Origin: Coriobacteriia bacterium
GTDB lineage: Bacteria; Actinomycetota; Coriobacteriia; WRKU01; JAENWW01
Reading direction: 5' to 3'
DNA length: 64,000 nt
Assembly: GCA_016649875.1 (NCBI GenBank)
Contig: JAENWW010000007.1
Location: 19,715-83,714 of the forward strand
In this document: one piece after another, positions 50,744 through 58,232 of the stretch
Layout: the number at the start of each line of letters is the position of its first letter
Position numbering within the stretch: the first letter of the stretch is position 1
The notes under the pieces: model-generated
Seen by the model: only the letters and a program-made list of their open reading frames with translations
The model's database searches: none
What the model was told of the DNA's origin: nothing
Made by a program: the position numbers and the translations under genes

Positions 50744-50910
50744 TATATGAGGACAGAAGGCATGTCTAGTAAAATTTAAACCGATCTGAATATTCTCCTG
50801 CACTATTTGTGCGGATATAGTCATCTTCTTTACATTCCTTTTTATATTCAGCATTTATCTTTATATTTAGAAGAGGAGATTCTAAAGGGTAATTTGTTTT
50901 AAGACAGATG

Positions 50911-50962
50911 ATGCGCTTATCTGCGCGTGAAGCGATTTGAGCTAAAAGAAAGCAGGTGACGG
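50911..50962 (+). repeat. Right copy of the 52-bp direct repeat (functional leader/RBS of the dedA-birA gene)
   Basis: 51/52 identical to 49533..49584. It ends 1 nt before ATG 50964 and contains the RBS-like AGGTGA. Confidence 0.95.
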
Positions 50963-50963
50963 T

Positions 50964-52469
50964 ATGGGAAGCCAGCTGATGCAATCCGTTCTGCCTCTTT
51001 ATAATTGGCTGGCCGGAATAATGGTGCCTTGGGGTCTCATGGTTCTTTTTGCGCTTTCTTTTCTCGAGAGTCTTTATATCATCGGATTATTCACCCCGGG
51101 CGAAGTGACGGTCGTTGCCGCCGCTCTTGTGGCGGCGGGGAGCAAAACTCCCCTTTGGGCGGTTCTTGCCGTGGCGGTGCTCGGTAATATTTCGGGTGTC
51201 GCGTTCGGATATTACGTCGGTCATAAGTTCGGGCTTACGAGGATGCGAATTTTGATGGAGAAGTTCGCCGTCACGCGCATCGGGCGCTGGACTAAAACCG
51301 ATCCGGGATTGATCGATGACATCGCCGAATATTTTGAGAAACACGGTCAGATGACGGCATTCGGGGCGAGGTTCGCGTATGGGGCGAAGAGCTTCATTCC
51401 TCCGATTGCCGGTGCGACGCACATGGGTTTCTCGTCGTTTATCTTAAGCTCTTTTCTGGGCGGTCTGATTTATAATGTGGGGCTGGTCGCCGTCGGATGG
51501 GCACTTCGGGTTAACGCGCCGCTCGCTGCCACGATTATGAAATCAATCGGGTGGTTTGCCGCGATGATGGTCGTCATTTTGGGCGTTTTCGGGTTCGCGA
51601 TGATCAGGCGTTACGCAAAAGCGCGCAAGATGAGGTTTTTGGAGAAACATGATATTCCCCATGAGATACCGCAATCGGTGGCTCGTCGTTTTTGGAGAGA
51701 GATACAATTCATCGAGGAGGTATCCTCCACCAACGACTACGCGTATGAATCCGCGATGAGGGGACAGGCTCCTCCGGCAGCTTACATCGCCGCCCGCCAG
51801 ACAGCCGGACGTGGCCGATTGGGCCGCACATGGGAATCTCCGAGAGGCAATGTGTATTTGTCCATGCTTCTCGAAAAAACGCCACCGCAGCAGGGGAACG
51901 AAGGCGAGATAGGGTCGTTGTCGCTCTTGACGGCGATAGCCGTCGGACGTGCTTTCCGGAAAATATTTTTTGAAAAGGGCAAGCCCGAACTCGTCGATTC
52001 GCTTAAAATAAAGTGGCCGAACGACATCTATATCGGCAAACTCAAAGCGTGCGGCATTTTGCTCGAGGCTCGTTCCGGATTCATCATCGTCGGAGTGGGA
52101 GTCAACAATATCCGTGAATCGGCGGGTTCTGTTGCATTTTTGAGTGATTTCGGTATCGATATCACCAACAAACAGCTTGCGTATGATATTCTTGATAGCT
52201 TCGAGGACATGTATTCGGGTTGGTTGGAAAGCGGTTTCATACCGTATCTCGAAGAGTATACGAACTTCGAAAAGAATGTATCACGGTACGTAGAGGTGTT
52301 CGATACTGCCGGCAATCTTCTCGACGCGGGATATTGCGTCGGGTTCACTCCATCGGGGCATATGATTCTGGCCGATGGGATTGAGAGCGATTCGCCGTCG
52401 GGACACAGCAATGAACGAGAAATATCTTCCGGTGATGTCACGTTGAAAAAGGGGACTGCACATGAATGA
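50964..52469 (+). CDS. birA: Fusion protein with an N-terminal DedA-family membrane domain and a C-terminal biotin--[acetyl-CoA-carboxylase] ligase domain
   Basis: The first roughly 200 aa are DedA-like (FLESLYIIGLFTPGE, FGARFAYGAKSFIPPIAG). From about residue 250 it is BPL (QTAGRGRLGRTWESPRGN, KIKWPNDIYIGKLKACGILLE). There is no N-terminal HTH. Confidence 0.8.
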   Translation: MGSQLMQSVLPLYNWLAGIMVPWGLMVLFALSFLESLYIIGLFTPGEVTVVAAALVAAGSKTPLWAVLAVAVLGNISGVAFGYYVGHKFGLTRMRILMEKFAVTRIGRWTKTDPGLIDDIAEYFEKHGQMTAFGARFAYGAKSFIPPIAGATHMGFSSFILSSFLGGLIYNVGLVAVGWALRVNAPLAATIMKSIGWFAAMMVVILGVFGFAMIRRYAKARKMRFLEKHDIPHEIPQSVARRFWREIQFIEEVSSTNDYAYESAMRGQAPPAAYIAARQTAGRGRLGRTWESPRGNVYLSMLLEKTPPQQGNEGEIGSLSLLTAIAVGRAFRKIFFEKGKPELVDSLKIKWPNDIYIGKLKACGILLEARSGFIIVGVGVNNIRESAGSVAFLSDFGIDITNKQLAYDILDSFEDMYSGWLESGFIPYLEEYTNFEKNVSRYVEVFDTAGNLLDAGYCVGFTPSGHMILADGIESDSPSGHSNEREISSGDVTLKKGTAHE

Positions 52470-53049
52470 AATTGCAAAAGAAAGTACCGTCAGAATCAAT
52501 GCGCGTTTGCAGTCGTTGACGCTTATCGCCCTTTTCGCCGCGCTGATTGCAGCGTCTTCGCTTTTTGCGGCGTTTGTGTATCCGATTCCTTTTACGCTTC
52601 AAACGCTCTTCGTCATTCTTGCCGCGCTGCTGTTGACACCGGCTCAGGCGACGGGCGCGATGGCGCTCTACGTCGGTATCGGGGCCATCGGACTGCCGGT
52701 ATTTTCGGGCGGCCGCGGTGGGCTCAGTGTGATTGTAGGACCCACCGGCGGGTACCTCTTCGGATTCATCGTCGCCGCTTGCGTCGGCTCATACCTGATG
52801 GGGCGCCTGCGTAAGACGCAGGTGAATGCGTTCATCACTCGTGGGATCGTGGCACTTCTCGTGATTGCGCTCGTCGATACATTCGGCGTCGCCTGGATGA
52901 TGGCTTCTGCGGGTATGTCTTTTAACGCCGCCGTCGTTGCGGGAGTCGTTCCCTTCATCGTTCCCGATGTGCTCAAAGGTATCGTCGCCGTCGTTTTGGC
53001 GAGTGCGCTTTGTCGCTATATGCCTATGTCGGGGGGAACCGGCAAGTAG
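52462..53049 (+). CDS. bioY: Biotin transporter BioY
   Basis: 195 aa and multi-TM, containing PFTLQTLFVILAALLL and GPTGGYLFGF. It overlaps the birA stop by 8 nt. Confidence 0.88.
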   Translation: MNEIAKESTVRINARLQSLTLIALFAALIAASSLFAAFVYPIPFTLQTLFVILAALLLTPAQATGAMALYVGIGAIGLPVFSGGRGGLSVIVGPTGGYLFGFIVAACVGSYLMGRLRKTQVNAFITRGIVALLVIALVDTFGVAWMMASAGMSFNAAVVAGVVPFIVPDVLKGIVAVVLASALCRYMPMSGGTGK

Positions 53050-54119
53050 ATGGTGAACTGAGTCCCTCCGCCGACGCGATTTTCGACTTCGATCGTACCG
53101 CCGTGGACATCGATGATGGCTTTCACGATTGAAAGCCCGAGCCCGGCACCTCCGCGATTGCGGGCGCGGCTCAAGTCGGTTCTGAAAAAGCGGTCGAACA
53201 GGTGGGGGATGTTTTCCGCCGGAATTCCGGGACCGTTATCACAAATCGCCATGATGGCGAACCTGTCGACATCCACAAAACTCTTCGCAGGTATCTGCGA
53301 TCCGAGCTCATTGCGATAAGCGCTCGAAAACTCCACCCATACACGGCCGTTGTCGCTTACCATGCGAGTTGCATTGTCGATCAGGTTTGCCACGACTTGT
53401 TGGATTCGATCGATGTCGCCCAAGATGTCGGGGCTCGTTCCCTGGATGGAAAAGTTCACACCGCGTGCATCGAAAAGGGGATCGAGCATGCGCGCTGCGC
53501 GCATGACGGCTTCACGCGGATTGAATTTCCGTAAGGGCAATTCCGTCGAGGACCCTTCGATACGTTGTAGGGTGAGCAAATCGTTTGCGAGGCGCGAGAG
53601 CCGTTCGGATTCGGCGGCGATGGTGGAAAGAAAGCGAACCTGATCGTTGGGGGGCACGTTGCCATCGAGAAGTGTTTCGGCGGCGCCCCGGATTGCGGTC
53701 AAGGGTGTGCGCAGTTCATGGGAAACATCGGATACGAATTGCATCTGACGTTTCTCTTCGGTATTCAGCGCCGAAATGGCCTGCTCCGCCTCGGCGGCCA
53801 TTTTATTGAAACCGTCGACGAGTGCGCGAGCCTCTTTGGTGCTTGCGCCACGTGCGCGAACGGAATGGATACCGCTGTTAAACGAGTTGATTGCGCTGAC
53901 GAGGTTGTCGAGATTGGATACGTTCTTCCGGGCAGTATCATCTGCACTTATCCAGCTGAGCACTCCCATTCCGATGGCTACGACGAGCACGAGAATCCAG
54001 CCCCATTTGAAACGAGCCGCCAAAAGGGCGACAAACACCATGGCTCCGATTGAGAGTAGCGCATACGTGCGCAGAGCATTTCTGAAACGCTCACGCATAC
54101 TGTTTCTGCTCGGGCTCAA
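53016..54119 (-). CDS. Sensor histidine kinase
   Basis: Two N-terminal TM segments, an H-box FVSDVSHELRTPLTAIRG, and N/G boxes (DNGPGIP, GGAGLGLSIV). Confidence 0.9.
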   Translation of the reverse strand: MSPSRNSMRERFRNALRTYALLSIGAMVFVALLAARFKWGWILVLVVAIGMGVLSWISADDTARKNVSNLDNLVSAINSFNSGIHSVRARGASTKEARALVDGFNKMAAEAEQAISALNTEEKRQMQFVSDVSHELRTPLTAIRGAAETLLDGNVPPNDQVRFLSTIAAESERLSRLANDLLTLQRIEGSSTELPLRKFNPREAVMRAARMLDPLFDARGVNFSIQGTSPDILGDIDRIQQVVANLIDNATRMVSDNGRVWVEFSSAYRNELGSQIPAKSFVDVDRFAIMAICDNGPGIPAENIPHLFDRFFRTDLSRARNRGGAGLGLSIVKAIIDVHGGTIEVENRVGGGTQFTIYLPVPPDIGI

Positions 54120-54146
54120 AAGACCTTCCGACTTTCTGTGTTCGGT

Positions 54147-54854
54147 TTACTCGGTGCGAAAACGATAGCCATAGCCCCTGACGGTTTCCACGAGGGAAGA
54201 ATCGACTTTAGCGGCCTCGAGTTTATCTCTGAGGCGCTTGACATGCGTGTCGACCGTTTTCGTCTCGACCAGATATTCCCAGCCCCACGCATCACGAAGC
54301 AGTTGCTCGCGCGAGAGCACGCGTCCGGCATTGTGCATGAGGCAACTGAGGAGCTCGAATTCACGAGGAGTCAAGTCGATGGGTCCGGCTTCGCTCGTCG
54401 CGTGATGTGCGGCCTCATCCAAGATGATGCCTCCGACCTCGATGCTTATCGGAGCGGAGCCGTTGACGCCTTTGGTCTCAGTGTGGGCGCGACGAAGGAG
54501 TGCTTTGACGCGTGCGGAAAGTTCGCGGATGCCGAAAGGTTTTGCGAGGTAATCGTCTCCTCCGATTTCGAGACCGACGACTTTATCGAGTTCGGTATCG
54601 CGTGCGGAAAGGAAAAGAACGGGGACCGAAGAAGTGGCGCGGATGCGCTTGCATACTTCATAGCCATTCATTCCGGGAAGCATGACATCGAGTACCACTA
54701 AGTCGAAAGGCGTTGCGGTGACCATTTCGAGCGCCGTATCCCCGTCATTTGCAACGCCGACTTCGTAACCCTCTTTTTTGAGGTTGTAGCTCACGAACTC
54801 GGTGATGGAAAGTTCGTCATCGACGATGAGAATTTTGAGTGGCTGATCAGACAT
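54147..54854 (-). CDS. OmpR-family response regulator
   Basis: A receiver domain (ILIVDDE...DLVVLDVMLPGMNG) plus a winged-helix domain (LTPREFELL...VDTHVKRLRDKL). Confidence 0.92.
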   Translation of the reverse strand: MSDQPLKILIVDDELSITEFVSYNLKKEGYEVGVANDGDTALEMVTATPFDLVVLDVMLPGMNGYEVCKRIRATSSVPVLFLSARDTELDKVVGLEIGGDDYLAKPFGIRELSARVKALLRRAHTETKGVNGSAPISIEVGGIILDEAAHHATSEAGPIDLTPREFELLSCLMHNAGRVLSREQLLRDAWGWEYLVETKTVDTHVKRLRDKLEAAKVDSSLVETVRGYGYRFRTE

Positions 54855-55051
54855 TACGCTATCCCTTCGAAGATTTTTTATGCACCATATGACATCTGCG
54901 AATGCGGGTAAAAATCAATGCAACCTTTGAGCGGTGGTACTATATGTATACGAAGCCGTATACAACGGCGCAAAAACGAACGACGGCAGCAATCGAAAAT
55001 GCGTTCCTTTTTCGCTGCCTATTACTAAAGAATGATACCACAGGCAGCCTT

Positions 55052-55834
55052 ATGACAGGAAGAACAGTGCTCTTAGCCATCGATGTCGGAAACACTCAAA
55101 CAGTAGTCGGTTTACACACGGACGGCCGTTGGATTTCGTCATGGAGACTCGCCACCGATCCTGCTTGCACTCCCGATGAGCTCGAAGTGAAAATGAACGA
55201 TTTTTTCACTTTTCACAAGATCGATGTCGCGATAATCGATACGGTGATCATCGCCAGCGTCGTTCCACCGCTCACGTCAGCATGGGCCGACTTGGCCCGC
55301 ATGATTTCGAACGCTCGCATTCTCACCGTCGGTCCCGGCATTAAAACCGGTTTGACCGTCGGCATTCTGCATCCGCACGAACTCGGGGCCGATCGAATCG
55401 CCAATGCGGTCGGTGCGGCTGAACTCTACGGAGCACCCGTCATCGTCGTCGATTTCGGCACGGCGACCAATCTCGATGTCGTTACCGCCGATGGAATCTA
55501 TAAGGGCGGTGTCATATCTCCCGGCATTGCGACGAGCGCCGACGCTTTGTTCCGCCATGCGGCCCGCTTGAGCGCCGTGGATTTGGAGGCACCCGCCCAC
55601 GCGCTCGGCACCAGTACGTCGACCGCGGTGCAGTCGGGGCTCATTTTCGGCGAGGCGGCAAAAGTCGACGGACTCGTGAACCGTATCTGGAGCGAGCTCG
55701 GCTATAAAACGAAAGTAATCGCCACGGGAGGTCTGATGGGTCTGGTGGCTCGCTACTGCGAATGTATCGACGAGTCCAACGAGATGCTCACCCTCGAGGG
55801 CTTGCGCGTGATTGCGCAAAGGAACGTGAAATGA
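55052..55834 (+). CDS. coaX: Type III pantothenate kinase
   Basis: I trimmed the ORF to ATG 55052. Contains LLAIDVGNTQTVVGL, GADRIANAV and VVDFGTATNLD. Confidence 0.88.
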   Translation: MTGRTVLLAIDVGNTQTVVGLHTDGRWISSWRLATDPACTPDELEVKMNDFFTFHKIDVAIIDTVIIASVVPPLTSAWADLARMISNARILTVGPGIKTGLTVGILHPHELGADRIANAVGAAELYGAPVIVVDFGTATNLDVVTADGIYKGGVISPGIATSADALFRHAARLSAVDLEAPAHALGTSTSTAVQSGLIFGEAAKVDGLVNRIWSELGYKTKVIATGGLMGLVARYCECIDESNEMLTLEGLRVIAQRNVK

Positions 55835-56457
55835 TGGATCTTTTTCGTATAGGCGACAAAGTAATCAGCAAACGTAAAATCGACGATGCTCTCAAAGATT
55901 TGCTTATGCGTCGCGCAAACGGGGCGACACAAAAGGAAGCCGCTGCAGCTGTACGCGTTCCTCGCACGTTCGTATCAAATGTCGAGACGCTGGGGACCAT
56001 TCGTACCGGCAAGAAAATCGCGTTCATCGCATTTCCCCTTTCGAACGCCGCCGAGGCGACCGCTCTGGCAGAGCACTACGGTATCGATTTGACGCTGGTT
56101 TTTTCTCAAACCGAGCGAAAGCACGTCGAAGAAGAACCGGCTTCGGATATTTTCAATCGAATGATCGATACGATCGCCGCGCTCAAAAGTTTCGATGCAG
56201 CGGTCATAGCGGCGAGTGACTACCGAATCGAAACGTTTAGAAACGTGCTCGATTTAGAGGTGATCGGACTTCCCCTCGGAAAGTCGCCGTTGTTAAAAGA
56301 TCAGGAACTCGATCTCGGTGAGCTCGAAGAGCTTTTCATCGCTCTCACGACGAAAACCGATGAATCATCGCGTAAGACGACAGCTGCATATGCGGCGACC
56401 GGCGAAGGCCCGACCGGCTTTCAGATTGCAAAGAGGTGGCTCTCATCAAAGAAATAG
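55831..56457 (+). CDS. Hypothetical protein with an N-terminal HTH-like segment
   Basis: I trimmed the ORF to ATG 55831, which overlaps the coaX stop (ATGA). Contains the HTH-like GATQKEAAAAVRVPRTFVSNVE. The remainder is unassigned. Confidence 0.45.
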   Translation: MMDLFRIGDKVISKRKIDDALKDLLMRRANGATQKEAAAAVRVPRTFVSNVETLGTIRTGKKIAFIAFPLSNAAEATALAEHYGIDLTLVFSQTERKHVEEEPASDIFNRMIDTIAALKSFDAAVIAASDYRIETFRNVLDLEVIGLPLGKSPLLKDQELDLGELEELFIALTTKTDESSRKTTAAYAATGEGPTGFQIAKRWLSSKK

Positions 56458-57362
56458 TCAGCGTATCGCTCGGTTCGAGCAGTCGCGACCACGAGGTCGT
56501 CGTATCCGTTCTCGGACAAGAGATATCGATGAAACGCGTCGGTATGGACGGCGATCTCACCGCCATGCGAGACAAACTGATCGAATGTGACGAAAATCGC
56601 AACATCGACGCCATCGGCATCGGGGGATGCGACATTTTTCTCAATGCCGCCGGGAGACGCTACTATTTCCGTGAAATCAAGAAAATGGTTTCTTGCATCG
56701 CGAACACTCCGGTGGTCGACGGGTCGGGGCTCAAAGGCGCCGTCGAGGCCGATACCGTTCGTTTCATGCAAGAGGAGCTTGGAATTTCGTTTCAGGGAAA
56801 GAACATACTGGTGACTTCTGCAATCGATAGGTGGGGAATCGCGATGGCATGCGCTGATGCCGATACCCGAGGTGTCGTTTCGTATGGAGACCTTTTGTAT
56901 GCGCTCGACATTCCGGTAATGATACACAGTAAAAAAGTGCTCACCACGGCGACGCGCATTCTTGCACCCTTGGCGGCCCAGCTTCCTTTCAAATGGCTTT
57001 ATCCGAGCGAGTCGGATTCCTCGACCGAGATCAAACGAGGTGCGAAAACCGACAAACTGTATTACGATGCCGACATCATCGTGGGCGACTATAAGTATGT
57101 GGTTCAATACATGCCCGACGACATGAAAGAGACAATCGTGGTGACCAATACGACGACGGAAAGCGACCTGGAGTTGTTGCACTCATGCGGCGTGAAAACG
57201 GTTGTGACGACCACGCCTCGACTGGACGGTCGATCGTTCGGGACGAACGTGATGGAGGCCATGCTCGTCGCTTTGGCCGAGTCGGATAAGGCGCTTACGA
57301 CGGAACAATATCTCGCATATCTCAAGCAGGCGAACTTCAAACCGAGCGTCAGCACAAGGTAA
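56436..57362 (+). CDS. Conserved-looking hypothetical protein (308 aa)
   Basis: An intact ORF overlapping the previous gene by 22 nt. Contains VSLGSSSRDHE...IGIGGCD. I cannot assign a family confidently. Confidence 0.45.
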   Translation: MALIKEIVSVSLGSSSRDHEVVVSVLGQEISMKRVGMDGDLTAMRDKLIECDENRNIDAIGIGGCDIFLNAAGRRYYFREIKKMVSCIANTPVVDGSGLKGAVEADTVRFMQEELGISFQGKNILVTSAIDRWGIAMACADADTRGVVSYGDLLYALDIPVMIHSKKVLTTATRILAPLAAQLPFKWLYPSESDSSTEIKRGAKTDKLYYDADIIVGDYKYVVQYMPDDMKETIVVTNTTTESDLELLHSCGVKTVVTTTPRLDGRSFGTNVMEAMLVALAESDKALTTEQYLAYLKQANFKPSVSTR

Positions 57363-57526
57363 AGTATCAGCACATCTTTCAAACACACATTGCGCAACCG
57401 TACATGATATTATCTATACCGTTCAGGCAACACCCCAGATAAAACATTCCGTTTATGACAAGGGGCACACATTGCACTGTCGTGTGCTGCTTTGTATGAC
57501 GACCGCCGAGCCGAAGAGAGGCACAA

Positions 57527-58213
57527 ATGAACAAACGCGCGCGCAACAGGCTTATCGGCATTACCGCAATCATACTCATCGCCATCGTGGCGATTATCGC
57601 GACGGTGGGACTGCGTGGAGGCACCGCCTCGAACGTGACGGTTAAAGAAGCGACATCCGATAAGAAGAACATCGGGAAACGCATCAAGGTCGGCGGCGTC
57701 GTCATCACCGGCTCATGGGATAAAAAGACCAATCCCATGACGTTTAAGATTCGTGATGAAAAAGATACAGCCGGAACCGGGACTCAAATCACCGTCATTT
57801 ATTCGGGCACGGCTCCTTCGACGTTCGGCGACGGTGTCACGGCGATCGTCACCGGTGAGTTGGATGCGAGCAATACCATCAAAGCCGGTGAAATGATTAC
57901 CAAGTGTCCTTCGAAATACGAATCTGCTACGGGCGCTTATACGGTTAAAGACTTGAAAGCTCGCGCCGATACGATGAAGAATATCCCCGTGAAGATTTCG
58001 GGTAAAGTCAAAGCGGGAACAATCGTAGCTCCGGGCGGAGCCGTGCGCTTCACCGTTCTTGATGCCACCGGAGGAACCGACGAAATCAATGTCGCGTACG
58101 ACGGGGCACTTCCCAACGGTATGAAAGACGGCTCGACCGTCGTGTTGACCGGCGAACTCAACGATGCCGGAGCATTCGCGGCTACAAACGTCGCCCTCGA
58201 GGGTGCCAAGTAA
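57527..58213 (+). CDS. ccmE: Cytochrome c maturation haem chaperone CcmE, CxxxY variant with an extra C-terminal OB-like domain
   Basis: An N-terminal TM anchor and an OB-fold ending in KCPSKY (Cys codon 57905-57907, Tyr 57917-57919). A second domain is similar to the first. It lies first in the ccm operon. Confidence 0.75.
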   Translation: MNKRARNRLIGITAIILIAIVAIIATVGLRGGTASNVTVKEATSDKKNIGKRIKVGGVVITGSWDKKTNPMTFKIRDEKDTAGTGTQITVIYSGTAPSTFGDGVTAIVTGELDASNTIKAGEMITKCPSKYESATGAYTVKDLKARADTMKNIPVKISGKVKAGTIVAPGGAVRFTVLDATGGTDEINVAYDGALPNGMKDGSTVVLTGELNDAGAFAATNVALEGAK

Positions 58214-58232
58214 CCAAAGAGAGGTACTGGAT

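Larger units (their letters stand above)
49608..50910. other. AT-rich, compositionally foreign 1.3-kb segment (single-gene islet)
   Basis: Hand counts of 60-nt lines give 17-28 G+C inside and 28-34 in the flanks. It has a Firmicute-style AGGAG RBS and A/T-rich codons, and is bounded by the direct repeats. Confidence 0.8.

Noticed and set aside
49608-50910. Interpreting the islet as an insertion sequence, transposon, integron cassette or prophage remnant
   Set aside because: It has no transposase or integrase ORF in any frame. I could not find terminal inverted repeats when comparing the two ends. I recognise no attC-like imperfect palindrome at the gene's 3' end. The 52-bp (up to about 75-bp) duplication is far longer than transposon target-site duplications. 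The mechanism is left open.
50766-50984. 72-aa minus-strand ORF treated as an intact gene
   Set aside because: Its start codon lies inside the dedA-birA coding region and it reads through the direct repeat. Only the AT-rich distal part may be meaningful, as a gene remnant (see findings).
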